A stretch of DNA of 60,028 nt, the filler included, from Sphacelaria rigidula (taxonomy: Eukaryota): the NCBI GenBank assembly GCA_964200075.2. It is 10 parts of 10 records of this genome, joined end to end, with 100 filler letters (N's around TTAATTAATTAA, not from the genome) between each part and the next. Parts side by side here need not be neighbours in the genome. Positions count along the whole stretch, not along the records: positions 6,014 to 11,926 come from CAXNAA020023539.1; positions 12,027 to 17,939 come from CAXNAA020023540.1; positions 18,040 to 23,952 come from CAXNAA020023541.1; positions 24,053 to 29,965 come from CAXNAA020023542.1; 6 more parts are not named here. One strand, written 5' to 3'. The notes below the pieces were generated by a model. The model was not told the DNA's origin, did no database searches, and saw only the letters and a program-made list of their open reading frames with translations. Both the position numbers and the translations under genes were made by a program. How positions within the stretch are numbered: position 1 is the stretch's first letter; each line of letters begins with the position of its first letter. Positions 11,501 to 24,291 of the stretch are shown piece after piece.

Positions 11501-12486
11501 ATTAACCCAACACGGTTTTGGTCTATTTCGGTCATCTACTGACGATGGGCAATGGATGCTACGGTAGGGGTTGCACTTTTTTTTTCAAAAACGTTTCTCG
11601 GGGCTGCTCAGGATGTTGAACGGATCATTTTGAGAGCCGGCGTCACTATTTACTTTAAAAAGACTGAAAATGATGCCGATTCACGAAGAGACCCCTGCGT
11701 GCCAACACCGTGTTTCTGAACGTCCGGTCCCCGGAAATTTTGAATGCACAGAGCCCCGTATGTTCGGGCTCCAACAAAAAAGAGACCCAGGAACAAAATG
11801 TGCAACCCCTACCGCAGCATTTTTCCCATGGATTATTATTGTCCAGGTGTGACCTTTTCTGTGGTTTCGATTTTGAGTGTAAGGTTGTGAGTCATCCTAC
11901 GATAGGGGGGGGGGTATTTGGTTGCANNNNNNNNNNNNNNNNNNNNNNNNNNNNNNNNNNNNNNNNNNNNTTAATTAATTAANNNNNNNNNNNNNNNNNN
12001 NNNNNNNNNNNNNNNNNNNNNNNNNNCGAACAACCGTTGCTGCTTTCAACGACGATATGACTCGAAATTTCGAGCAACAAATGGCTCGAAATACCCCCCC
12101 CGCTATCGTAGGATGACTCATGTCACGTTTGAAACACATCGCCAACCCTCACGGTAACGGGGAAAACGCGGGTGAGATCGATGTGCATCAAAATCTCTGC
12201 CCCGAATTTTTTTTTCACGTTGAAATGACGAAATGCTAGACTTGCGAGCCTTCCGCAAAGTTTTGTTTTCTAGGGCAGCAGCTTCTTCAAATGGATGGCA
12301 AAAAAAGAATCACTAGACGGAACATTTTCCGGCAGTTCTTGTCTGGAACTTTTTGTCCGACTGACCACTTATAGAAAGAAGCGTGAATTTTCAATAATAG
12401 TAGTCTCAAATTTACTTAGGAGATGATAGATCAACGATCCCCGACAACGCTCATGAACTTTTCCCTGAGCAGCGCAGTAAAGTCAA

Positions 12487-12900
12487 CCGGCGTTGGGCTA
12501 CAAAATGTCCACACCCTGGACACTATATGGTCACTAGATGCAATAGACGAGAGAAGTGTACTGCATGAAGTATAGGCCTATTGCAACTATTGACCATATA
12601 TATTGTCCAAGGTGTGAAAATGTCCATGGTTGACACATTAGTTCCTTTGAGTGCTTACAAAGAGAATCGGATCTTTCGTAGGGTGACAGTCCCGTGTGCT
12701 CCTGGCGTGAGCAGAGTGCGTTTTTGTTGAAATCGGCGCCTGTTACAGGCGTCGATTTGGGGTCTACCAAGGCCGCCCCTTCCCCTGGGAATGTATGTAC
12801 CGCTCGTGCCTAAGGGTTCTCGGTATGGGTTGGTGTTGGGGTTGGGGGTAGCGATACTTGTAAAATGTGTCAGCCATGGACGTTTGTAGCCCAACGCCGG
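12487..12900. mobile_element. MITE (414 bp) with TIR CCGGCGTTGGGCTACAAA and a TCAA direct repeat on both flanks
   Basis: The TIRs at 12487-12504 and 12883-12900 are exact reverse complements. TCAA lies at 12483-12486 and 12901-12904. Confidence 0.75.
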
Positions 12901-13273
12901 TCAACTAGCCTCGAGCATCGAGCCCAATCCAATGTTGTCCTGACAATGAACGCCGGATATCACCTCGCTGTACCTCAGCTCTGCTGTCTAGTCTCGCACA
13001 TGCCCCACTCCTCAGTATAACAGAGATGAAACTCGAAAGACGGACTCTCATCCGATGACGAACTGCTCCCGGCTGCAGGGCTGGCCGCGGTGTGCGTCCA
13101 ACAATCATGAATTTCACGGCCAGACAAGCAGTGCGCATGCTCGATTCTATGGGTCCTCTTTCTGAAGACACCGACGACTGTATGAAGTAGCACCTACTTG
13201 CAACCGAGAGGTGCCATACTACTGTACTGTTGTACAAGCGACCACGAGTACAGCATGAAGTACAAACTACAAA

Positions 13274-13316
<43 letters not shown>

Positions 13317-13500
13317 CTGTAATGGCAGTATGTTATCGGAAAAGCGATATCCAACAACACGCCGTCATGTGCCCGGGGGCGCTGTTGTTCTGTGCATTTT
13401 TTATTTACTTTTATTTTTCGCACTTTGAACCTCCCCCCCGCCCTCTTCGGGACGAGTCCATGGTCTCAATGGATCAACCTATCTGTCCCCGGGCGTTTTC
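13274..13500 (-). repeat. S2-like body fragment next to a (CTG)n microsatellite (13274-13315)
   Basis: CGCACTTTGAACC...GAGTCCATGGTCTCAATGGATCAACCTATCTGTCCCCGGG resembles 6667-6740. About 14 CTG units are present. Confidence 0.55.
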
Positions 13501-14253
13501 TACGACAGTTGTGGACGGTTCTCATCACGTGATGACACACGCGCGTCAGGATTCATATTTGAACGTTGGCTAAAACGCCTTTCCAAGACGCTGCACGCTG
13601 CAACCCAGCGTTTTTTTGTTGTATGATCGTGTCGATGACAAGCGACGAAGGAAAGAAGGAATGACTTATTTGGGCGGACAGAAAGTTTTTTCAGGGTGAT
13701 TTTTGTTGTCTGGCAACAAAAATAAAAATAGTCTACCCTGCCCCCTCTTACTTTTTTCTTCTTTCTCCCGCCTGGCAGGTTGGAGACGACTACGCGCGAA
13801 TAGTCGTGAGCGAACAGAATAGGCAGCTCGCCACGCCATCAACAGAGCGAGGGGATTCAATAGCTGCGCCGGCGCCTGCGCGAGCAAAACTTACGCCAGC
13901 GACAACAACAGTCACCCCAGCTCGATGAAGGGGGCTTTGACGGAGGGGTAGTAGTAATGGGGTGAATCGTGCCTGTACAGTAGACATTTTGCGTTGATTG
14001 TGCGGGTTGTTGCGTCTTCTTTTTTTGTACTTGGCTTTTTACTTCTTATCGCAGAGGACAGAATGTTTTTTTGGTATAAGTTTTTTTTATACTTCGGGGG
14101 AGGGGGGGAGGGGGGGGAAGGGGGGGCACTCGTGACGTCATACCGACCCGTCGCGTCCCTCACGAGACTGTGATTTGAACCCCCGTTCGTTCCTTCACTC
14201 GTGTACTGTACTTAACTCTTCTCGTGTGAGGGGAAATACTTTTTTTTTTCAAG

Positions 14254-15046
14254 GGTCTACATGTTACACTCGTAACGTGTCACGTCGTGTCACGGTTCAC
14301 GTCAAAAGTTAAGCCAGGCTGGTACTACGGTGGGGGACGGGGACCACGTGGGGAGCCTTGTTCAAAATGCAAGTCGAATCCAGTAGTGTTTATACCACTT
14401 GCTCGATTAGAACCTTCCCGGCATTTATTGCTTGATTTGAGTGTAAACACCGATATTCGGATCTTTAGCGGGGCTGATAGCCGCAACTGCCCCTCGCGTG
14501 CGCAGAACGCGTTTTCGTCCAAATCGGCGCCTGCGGCGCAGTTTTGAGGTCTACCAACGCCACCCTTTGCCTAGGGAACGCTTTTCACACACCCCTCACC
14601 CGAGGGTTCTCGGTATGCCTTGGGTTGGGGTTAGCGTTAGCATTATTTGGGGAAAAAAAAAAAGTGTTTCCGAGAAATTTCGTCATCGACCAAGTGGTGA
14701 ACACACCACACGCGGCCATTTGGCTACCTCCAAAAGTTCTCCAGGTGGATAAACTTTTCGACCCTCCAGAGGAACAAAACGCCTCCGGAGGGGTGCGCGG
14801 GCCCTCCGAGTCGGTAGAGTTTGATTATCTCCAGAGGGATTGAAGGCCTCCAGAGGCTTGTTTTCTCCCTAGAGGGCCGCGCATCCCTCCGGAGGCATTT
14901 TGGGGTGTAGCCAAATGGCCGCGTGTGACCTGGTCAAATCAGGGCTCCCCTCGTGGTTCCCCACTGTAGGACTAACTAGCCTGGCTTAACTTTTGACGAC
15001 TGTTGACGTGGAACGTGAACTTCACGCATGTAAAAACGTGTAGACC
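14254..15046. mobile_element. Non-autonomous element with ~110-bp imperfect TIRs containing a nested MITE
   Basis: Inverted pairs: GGTCTACA (14254) with TGTAGACC (15039), GTCAAAAGTTAAGCCAGGCT (14301-14320) with its exact reverse complement (14978-14997), and GGGGAGCC with GGCTCCCC. T runs flank both sides. Confidence 0.7.
14707..14927. mobile_element. Nested 221-bp MITE with CAC...GTG ends and a 2-bp AC target duplication (CMC/EnSpm-like)
   Basis: TIR CACACGCGGCCATTTGGCTAC / GTAGCCAAATGGCCGCGTGTG. AC lies at 14705-14706 and 14928-14929. Confidence 0.75.
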
Positions 15047-16083
15047 ACTTTTTTTTTTCCCTTCTACTTGATATTTTGCCGTTCCCCCGGGCCATTCTTT
15101 AATGAGAGGCCGCATGTTGTGCTTGCGATTTTGTGTGTACGTGTGTGATTTTTATCTGTTTAGCATATTTGCGTTTGTAGTGTGAATGAATGTACGAGAG
15201 GGAATATAATCGTGAATAAATGGCGGATGAGTAATATAACTTTTTTCGGCATCATAGCCAAGAACGGCAAACGGCTTCGTTGCTGCAGTCTGTAGTTGTG
15301 GATACGTACATGGTTTCGCGCTGGCTTCTCCGACGATCTGGTTGAAGGAGACGAAAAAAAATGTTCCTGCTGCGGCGCACGCTGCCTTCGCTTCTTCTTC
15401 TTTTTTCCAGTTCGCCTGTATGCGGAGTAATGCACGAACATTGGAAGAGATCGCTGCACACTAAAAACATGAGTCGTAAATTGTTTTGGCATGTCCGCCC
15501 TGGAGAGACGCGTCTGCTGTGTTTGCTGAAGAGAAACAGCTGTTTGTGTCGGGTGAGCTCAAGACTTTTTGAGGGTGATGACGGACCGAGGTACGGTACG
15601 AAAAAATATTTTCTTCAAGTTTTTTCCTCCTCGTGGTGCGGTGCGTGGTGACTGACGGCTAGAAAAAAAATCAGAGGGAAAAAAATATCCGATGCTTGCA
15701 AGAAGATCTCGGAGTTTGGTGTGATGCCCTTTTGGACTTGCTGTGGACGAGGTAGGTCATTTTGTTTTGTTCTCCTCGTCTCTGAAGGTATAACTGTGTT
15801 TGCGCGCTGAGACTTTCGAGAAAGTGAAGCATCGCCCGACGAAGGTACATGGCCAAGTAGAGGAGTTGGTGTGCACCGCTGACTGGTGAGCGTTTGTTCA
15901 CATTCTTCCTTCTTCAACCAAACATGATTTTTGCTCGTGATCGATTTTGGGGTTCTCTCCGCAGCAGATGGAGGAGAAGAGGAAGAAGAGTGAACAGGGG
16001 TGATTTTCGCTCGTGATTGATTATTTAGCTCTCTCTCCGCAGCAGGTAGAGAAGAGAAAAAAAAGGGGTTGCGCAACGCAGTT

Positions 16084-16115
<32 letters not shown>

Positions 16116-17199
16116 CGTGTTTTCCCCCCTTAAGCATAGGTTTTGGCGTGTCATTCATTCATTTGGTTGGTATTGAGGTATTCAACCCTTTGACCGCGAG
16201 GGTAGGTCACCTGCTCAATCGGTATCAATAGACCCTTGGAAAAAGTACGCGTGACCTAGATGGACTACCCGCACCGCGGTCTGAGGGTTGACGCATCCTT
16301 GATCATAACCGCATTCCACCCTGGACTGGATCCCTCTGGAAACACACACACATGCAGCAGCGGGTATTGTGCGCCGTAGAGCAGGCTATGCCACTGAAAG
16401 CTGCATCGCTTGGATGGGGGAGGGGGGGGGGCGGCGTAGGAAGCGCGTGCCATCTTTTCCACGCGTCACAATCTCGAGCTAGGCGGGGATGCGGCGGGGT
16501 ATTGTTTTTCAAGGAGTGGAGGATCGGGGAGCTTGTCACTCTCGGGGGGGGGGATATATACTCGATCGAATCTCGGTGTGCGGGACAAATAAGCGGCGGG
16601 TGAATAGAAGAAATAAGGGGGAGGGAGCGGGGAGTAGGGGAGTTTAGTGTTCGCACGGTTTTGGCATGGTGATTTATTTGGTGTTACGCTTACAACGATA
16701 GTCGTTTTATGTTGGTATACACGTTGTTGAGTGTGTGTCATCATCACATCCACCACAGGAGAGCTTTTTATTTCTGTGGGGAGATCGTGAAATAGACGGG
16801 GATGGGGGTCAGGAAGGGTAGGGCAGGCAAGGGTGCCGTAGTAGTAGTCGGTGATGGAAGAATACGTACAGCATCCATCACACCGCGCAAGCATGGCGGC
16901 GTTTTTTTTCTTCTCCGTTTTTATCGAAAATAAAGAAAGGAAATGTCAGCGCCATGCTGCCGAACGTTTCGCCGTTGGAAAGATGAGCGTTAGGGTTTTG
17001 TAGTGTTCCTCACTGAGGTATAGTTGGCAGTACAGGCAGAGCCCACTTGCTTTATCGCGACGGTAAGGTGGCTACTGATGGTTTTGCTTTATTTGGGTGA
17101 GGGTGGGGCAGGGGGGGGGAGGGGGGGGGGGAATCTGGACAGTCCGCTACCTAATAATTGATGTACGTTAGTTCATTTGCAACAGTGTTTACCCATCAA

Positions 17200-17485
17200 C
17201 CATCTCGGAGCAATCCGAGATTTTCTTCTCACACAATGCCCAACAGTGGAGAGGAACCATGTCATGGGTGCACAAAATTTTACTTGAATAGTCGACAAGG
17301 GAAAGGGACTGCTGAACTCCTCTCGCGATGAAAAGTACAAAAGGTAGACAACGCAGAAGGAAGGTGTGATACTGAAAACAGAATAGAAGAAAACTTCTGT
17401 GTTGCCCTTCCTCCTCTGTGACCCCGGCTGAATCGCCCACATATACCGGAAGGTGTAGACCGGCGTCCAGAATAGATTGGACGAC

Positions 17486-17519
<34 letters not shown>
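17200..17519 (+). mobile_element. SINE S1 copy, 5'-truncated or diverged, with a long (AC)n tail
   Basis: ATGCCCAACAGTGGAGAG...GTCGACAAGGGAAAGGGACTGCTGAAC...GCCCTTCCTCCTCTGTGACCCCGGCTGAATCGC matches 1307-1515. (AC)n runs over 17485-17518. Confidence 0.75.
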
Positions 17520-17520
<1 letters not shown>

Positions 17521-18109
17521 AACACCCTCGTGAGATCGGCGGCTTCACCAAGTTGACATCCGTGATGTCCACTTCAGCTCATGTACGGCGCCTCTTTCTG
17601 CCGCCATGGTTCCCCTGTCTTGACCCTTGCAGCAGCAGAGATTGCTGTGTGACTCGCGGTACAAAACAAGTCGACAAGAAGATATATATCATGACTGGCG
17701 CACGAGTTGCATGCAAGGCGTCGTACATGTACGCACACAAAATATATGTCGTCGTAGCAGGTTAGATGAAATATTCGAAATGCATTTTCCACAACATGGC
17801 ACCATGTGCAACAAGGTTTCACGGTGAAGACAAATCCTCTCGACTCAAAATCACCGAAATCACGACTTCTTCGGCCTGATTGCCCAAAAGGGAGAAAAAA
17901 AATGATCGCTGGTCCAAGGGGTATCCACGCAACTTCTGCNNNNNNNNNNNNNNNNNNNNNNNNNNNNNNNNNNNNNNNNNNNNTTAATTAATTAANNNNN
18001 NNNNNNNNNNNNNNNNNNNNNNNNNNNNNNNNNNNNNNNATCGACACGCGTGTACACCGCATTCGTTAGGTGCACCTAGCCACAGCTGCTTGACTGCTGC
18101 GGACATTTG

Positions 18110-18410
18110 GTGTAGCCATGATCCTACATGCCATAGTTATAAGACCAATGGCGTCGCATCCCTACAATGCCGGGACGGAGCACGCCGGGTTTTCGCCGGA
18201 CCAGGCTTGAACTCTAACCACCAAGCGCGGAGCGCAGTGGTGTGTTCGGCGAGTCGCATGAAGGATGAGCTGCATCCTGCTAACATTGGTCGGCCCGAAG
18301 CCTACTGATTATCGTGCAATTGGATGACAGCCAACAATGAGTTGCATTATTCTGTGGTATCGCCATTTCCACGGACAGCCACGGCTTATATACTGCCTCA
18401 TAGGTGTGTA
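18110..18410 (-). mobile_element. Family A repeat copy
   Basis: Reverse-complement match to 7820-8120. Confidence 0.75.
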
Positions 18411-19321
18411 ACCGTGCGGACGTTTGGGGGGGACGATGGCTTCGCTCGGTCACAAGTGTTTCGCGTCTTTCCTGTAAAAGAGAAACGCCACTTCGAGCTC
18501 ATTTTTTGTGTGAACCCCATTTTCTAGGATCCACTGTTTATTCGAAAATTGTGTTGACTGCGAAGAAATCAAGCCTCTCTGTCGACCCATTCAAATTTAT
18601 TGGTCCTGAAGTACTATTTTGACAAGTTCAACTGTTACAAACAGAATGTTATAGTGTTGGGGTTCTCGGCATTAGGCATCGCGACTGGCTTAAAAAAAGG
18701 CGATATGTCCCGTGGTCTCGAGTAAGTATCCAGTTGAGTCATTTCATGCGCATGCAAATACGTGATGACTAATATATCATGTTGATTATGCCGGAACATG
18801 CCTCAAGTACACATCTGCTTGTGCACTGAATTCATTGATTTACTATCATGACGACCTTCATCACATACGGACGTACCGAGTATGGTTCAGGGATCCGTAC
18901 TGTATTGTCTCACCGTGTTCAGCGACCAACCCGCAAAAGCATAGCAACAGGAAATACGTCCAACGCAGTACGGTGATCACAGCTCCAGAAGCGATTCAGT
19001 TTCTCTTTCGTGGTGTTGGTTTTGATAGCCTCATCAATATATTCACATAAGTTCTTCGCTCGTTGTTTGCCCGTCGTCAAGAGAGTAAAACCAAGGGTCG
19101 CACAACGTAATGAAACCACTGCGCGCACGGAGGCGTGTCTGTAACCGTTACAATGGACACCACTCGCTCTCCTCTAGTTGGAATACTCGTAGGTCACATC
19201 AACTAGCCCTCCGAGCCCATCAGTCGAATAGCTGGGCCCATCCTCGTACTACCCTCCCACCATTACGCCGGTTGAAAAACCCTGGGACTGAACGTGGTTA
19301 ACGATTCATCGCCGCGTCACC

Positions 19322-22300
19322 ATATTCCCCTTCCCCGAGTAATCGGCGTTGCTTCGTATACCTGTCGATCTTGGTAACCGTTCTGCCGGGTTAGACCACG
19401 TAGGGAATTTAAACACCGTTCAAAACAATCTCGAACAGTCTCGGTAAGTCTTGCTCTTACAGATCTCTCTGCCGGGTTAGACCACGTTGGGAGTGTACAC
19501 ACCGTACAGAAACGATCTTATCTAGTCCGGAGAAGTCCTTGATCTTGTTGACCGCTCTGCCGGGTTAGACCGCGTAGGGAGTTCAAACACCATACAGAAA
19601 CGATCCCATCCTGTCCGGAGAAGCTCTTGTTCCTGTTGACCGCTCTGCCGGGTTAGACCACGTAGGGAGTTTAAATACCGTACAGAAACGATCCCATCCC
19701 GTCCGGAGAAGCTCTTGTTCCTGTTGACCGCTCTGCCGGGTTAGACCACGTAAGGAATTTAAACACCGTACAGAAACGATCCCATCCCGTCCGGAGAAGC
19801 TCTTGTTCCTGTTGACTGCTCTGGGCTGTCCATAAACCGTTTGCGGATCTTGGTACATCGGGGAATCCACCGCGCAATTGAGTCCCGTTCTGCTCGAGAT
19901 GGTGTATCAGATGGACGTGGCCTGGTCTGCGGTTGATATAATTCCCGCAAGGCATGAAACACATCCAACTGTAACTCAGTGAAACTGTCCAAATCCTCTC
20001 CTCTGAAAGACAGTATGGCTCAGCTCCCTCGTGAAACAACCGTTGATTTTCTCACACTCACGATAACCCTTGGCCCAGCACTGCTTTCCTATCCGTCAGA
20101 GTATATAGTAGAGGTGTGGACGTGATGTCCTTAGCCAACCCTAAATCTTCCCCCCCAAGCTAGCTAACAGACCTCGCCTGGAAATGAGTGCTGTAGCTGT
20201 TCTGGGTGCACATGAAATTTCTTCACGTTGGCCGCGAACACTGTTCGCTCTTGTACTTTACGCACCTGCATTTTGACCTCAAGATTGAGACCTGCTATCA
20301 CCCCTGCTGCACCGTCCCCGGCCCAGTCCACAAGTCGTGTACTAATTTGGCCGGTACATCTTCGTTCAGAAGGGAGCTGTCAGACTCGTTGACTAGCATC
20401 ATATCTTATACCTCTTCCCTACGCCGGTGGCGTTGGGTTAACAGCTCATGAACGCCCTTCAATTTTGTCGCTGTGCCGCTCCACCGTGTTATTCAACGGT
20501 AGGGATTTTGCTTCAGGTGACACAGAGTCGACTTCGGTGCGAGGCTCGCGCTCAAAAGCAGCATTAATCGCGTTGGGTTATGCGGCAGTGACTAGTCGGA
20601 AGTAGTATGATGAATCCATACAGTAGGATGCACATACTCGTCCCACCATTCCAGACACTGCTCACATAGCTCGGCTAAAACGCCACGCAACCACTCTCCG
20701 TATCTTTCGAGGGCGCCCTGATCGCGAGGGTGATTTGCGGGATCATGATCCAGTTTCAACTTCATCCACATGGCATACATGGTTTACTACTTCCAAAGTG
20801 AACTGCCCCCCAGCGCCATTTCAAGGGAAATAGGGCGTTTCGAGCGTCAAGGACAGTTTCAGCAGAGCAGACCCTTAACTACGTGCTCAGTAACCTTGGA
20901 TGCTAGTGAAAGAGCAAAGAGAACGTGGTTGCTCGATCTATAAAAACCAACAAGTACTTATTACCAGATGTAGGAATCTGCTTTATGTCCGATATGTCCA
21001 TCTACATCATCTCCCAGAACTGCAAGAAGCGGGCGGGTCGCACCGTTACGGTGTGACCATTAGTACGTTTGCGTCGCGTCGGCGACATCCACAAGACAGC
21101 ACGTATTTGCGAGTATCGGCGAAAAGACCGGGTCACTCATAGCGTGCGTTGACCACTGCACTCGTTTTCATCACTCCGGCGTGCCCATGCGTAGTGTGCA
21201 CCAACGCGAGCAGGCCAGACACTAGACTGCGTGGAATAGCCAACTTACCTAGTGCCCAAATTACCTGGCAACCTAGGTGAGGTATACCTTAGAAGATCAT
21301 CATTTTGGAACGTACGCTTCCTGCCTCTTACCTGTACCTTCTTCGTCTTTTTCTCCAACATTAACCTATCCCTGATGGGTTCAAGTCGGGAGTCCCGCTC
21401 TTGCAGCAAAACTAGTCGCGACTTGTTCATCAGAATCGCTCTCGCCTGCTCGAGAACGGTCTGAGGGCTACCTTTACCTAGTATCCGTGGCTCCTCGGGT
21501 GGAGCCTCCCCCCCACCAGGGTCTTGGTCTGACTTCCGCTCAGCCTCTTGAATCGACGAACGAGTTACAGCGGCTCCCCAAGCCTCTGGTAACTCTGCTT
21601 CGTCTCACATCGTAGCGAGCGTGCTCAAATCCTCATCCTCACCCTGGATATGAGTCAGGCTGAACAAACCTTCTGCTTCCACTTCATATGAACCGCCTTC
21701 ATCATCCACGGGTGAACGAAATCAGCCACAATCTATGGTATGGCGTCATTATTTACCGGGGTGGTGTCTCGTAACAGTCGAGAGTAGTCGCGACTTTCAC
21801 GAAATTGTCTCTTTCCAACTCGATTGCTTCTTCCTATCCACCTGCGTCCGCCCCATGGGGTCCGGATTCCTCGCGCCTTAGTTTCCCTTTCGTCAGCTGA
21901 GAACGAGATAATCTGGGCATCGGCTTCTCGGAAGTGTGAATCGCCTCGCCCTGTCATGTTGGCACCCGAGAAACAAACATATGTCCGCCCTAATCACTAA
22001 CCCAACGTGGGGCAGGCAACGGTGTACGCTTTCACTCGCTGCTTCCACGCTCGCAGTTCTCCTTCCCTCCGACGATCAGCTTTCAAGGCGACCACATAGG
22101 TTCGTCTCTTCCGATACGGTGCGCCCACCTGCACGGCTGAGACTGAGGCCTGCTCAGTGAGATCCCCAGCTCCGCTCAACATGGAGCAACGAGCTCGTTC
22201 TCACCAGGAGAGCGCACCATCACAGCAGTACTCTCCAAAATCAGCGTTGTCACAGGAGTCGATGAGAGGAATGACTCGACCAACCTTTTAACGACGCTGG

Positions 22301-23400
22301 CTGATGCTGACTCCGGCTCGGCCCATTCGATTGACTTGCATCCCCCACCAACTCTTGTGGTTGCACGTCCTCCACAAGGTTGTGGAAAGAACTGCGCCCC
22401 GGACTCGTACACACCAGCCTGACTCCCTTTCCAATCTGGTTTACTCCAACACAATCCAACAGCTTCCAGTCCGCATCAGCGAATCACTTTCACGGACTCT
22501 TTGGCTACCACAATACTTCCTCCACCTCCAACTGAAAAAATCCCATTCGCTAAATCAACACTCGTAGAGTACTTGGATTCTGCTAGCCCACTAGACATGG
22601 CCTGTATATCCCTCAAACTGTCGCTGTATGACTCCAGAAGTTGATTCAGTCCACGATAATCTTGACATAGTCGTAAACTACCGTCCGTCTTTCTTTTAAA
22701 CCGTGACGCAGGCGGCTGCCCATGCTAGCGTCGATAACGTAGCCCGAGACTAGCTTGCTAGCGGAAACGCCTGGGCTTACGTCCTTCGTTGGATGCAGCA
22801 GCCACTGCAGCGTAGCCTCGTCCTCCCACGCCACTCCAAGGCTTTTTTACACTTTATTCGATGCTGCCAGTTTGCTCCGACCAGACAACCTCCCCGTCGA
22901 GTCGTCACCGAACGCGCTTGGCTTGACAGCAAGGAAAAGGTCCAAAGTTGCCGAATCTCCTTGGTTGGTGAGGTGGCCGGTGTCAACAGCTCCGAGTTTT
23001 GGGGGACTGTTAGACATAAACCGTACTCACGGCGCCTCCGGCGAAGGCAAAAATCTCGATCGCCCTCCAAAAGATAACGTGCTCTTGTTTCTCCTGAAGA
23101 AACTTGCTCCCGAAATAAACCCATATGGTAATCCAAGGACCACCCGGACCCATACCTTTTATTAACTTATCCTCTATGTGGGAACGAATAGGAACTACCG
23201 CTGACCCTAGAATCTTCATCGGAGGTATCTTACCGGTCCTAGGGTTAGCGGACCTCAAAATCCTTGTTCCCTGCCGTTGCAACTTATTTGCTATATTTCC
23301 CCACGTTACCAACAACCTCCACCACTGTTTCGATGCATAGCTCCCCACGCCTGTCCTGGTGCCCAGTAACACCGTTACTGGTGAGCGGTAGCTACTCTTG
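19322..23400 (-). mobile_element. Highly degenerate Ty3/gypsy LTR retrotransposon internal region (PR-RT-IN order)
   Basis: Protease-like VTVLLGTRTGVGSYAS and LPYGFISGASFF (~23380-23090), RT-like SKYSTSVDLANG/GFFQLEV (~22580-22520), integrase HHCC LVHTTHGHAGVMKT...YVLSCGC (~21210-21080), GNKYLLVFIDRAT and HPRDQGALER. A purine tract GGGGAAGGGGAA at ~19336-19325 precedes TG. Confidence 0.75.
19378..19824. repeat. Tandem array of 88-bp units (five plus a partial)
   Basis: Units start at 19378, 19464, 19552, 19640, 19728 and 19816 (partial). The core is CTGCCGGGTTAGACCACGTAGGGAGTTTAAACACCGTACAGAAACGATCCCATC. Confidence 0.95.
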
Positions 23401-24052
23401 CTGTGGTGTCAAACTTCAGCGTGTAGCCACAGCTGCTGTGCATCGTTCCTACTCACTTCGTCTGAAATGGCGTTTGACGCAAGGGTAGCCCCGGACGAGT
23501 GAAATAACCCGTAAAATGAATTTGCATGTGTACCCACCGGGTTAGGTGGAACCTAGTCCCTAGATCGACGCTACAGAGGTGGCGGCAGCGGCGGTAGCAG
23601 CTAGTCATGGAATATGTACACTGCTGGTTGCGCCTGGCCTGGGATGAACAATGTCAACGGAGACCCAGATACTCAAAGTATCCGCTGAAGAAAATATGAG
23701 GAAATCTCGGTTGTGCAAACCGTTGGTCAGAGGCACTAAACACATTCCTCTGCGGCGCTTCAGCGGTGTTTTATTGCAAAGGCGCAAAAATATTGCTGCT
23801 ATTGTCGTGGCGCGGAAAATCGGGTGCTTCAGTACAGCTGGGCGGATTTCAACAACTTCAACTTAGAAACTAGCGCAAACAGGACGTCCTTCTGTCCCGT
23901 GTGAGGATGATGCTTCCAAACGTATCCATTTACTTGGCACCACGCGAGGACGNNNNNNNNNNNNNNNNNNNNNNNNNNNNNNNNNNNNNNNNNNNNTTAA
24001 TTAATTAANNNNNNNNNNNNNNNNNNNNNNNNNNNNNNNNNNNNNNNNNNNN

Positions 24053-24140
24053 CGGTGCTCTGTCTCGAAAGGGATGCGTGGTCAATGGTCGAACGACTAA
24101 GGCAAGCAACAAATGAGTACGCCCCCCTCCCTCCCCCCCG
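24053..24140 (+). mobile_element. Family B LINE 3'-end copy with C-rich tail
   Basis: GTCTCGAAAGGGATGCGTGGTCAATGGTCGAACGACTAAGGCAAGCAACAAATGAGTACGCCCCCCTCCCTCCCCCCC. Confidence 0.8.
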
Positions 24141-24291
24141 TTCCCCGCGAGAGAGGGCCCAGGGGGAGAGGAGGGGTGTTGTATATGACGCAATTTTGCT
24201 ATATGAGACGCTCTTTACGATAGTCCCCCAGAAATAGTGCCTGGCTTAGGGAGGCGAAATCTTCACGTAAATCGAAATGAGAGAAGCCGAG

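Noticed and set aside
13912..16350. Possible small minus-strand exons (HDSPHYYYPSVKAPFIELG-stop near 13912-13972, and 16268-16335)
   Set aside because: Only isolated splice-like signals; no recognisable product or consistent gene model.
19378..19824. Possible CRISPR array
   Set aside because: The units repeat along their whole length with no unique spacers, no cas genes are present, and the context is a eukaryotic retroelement.
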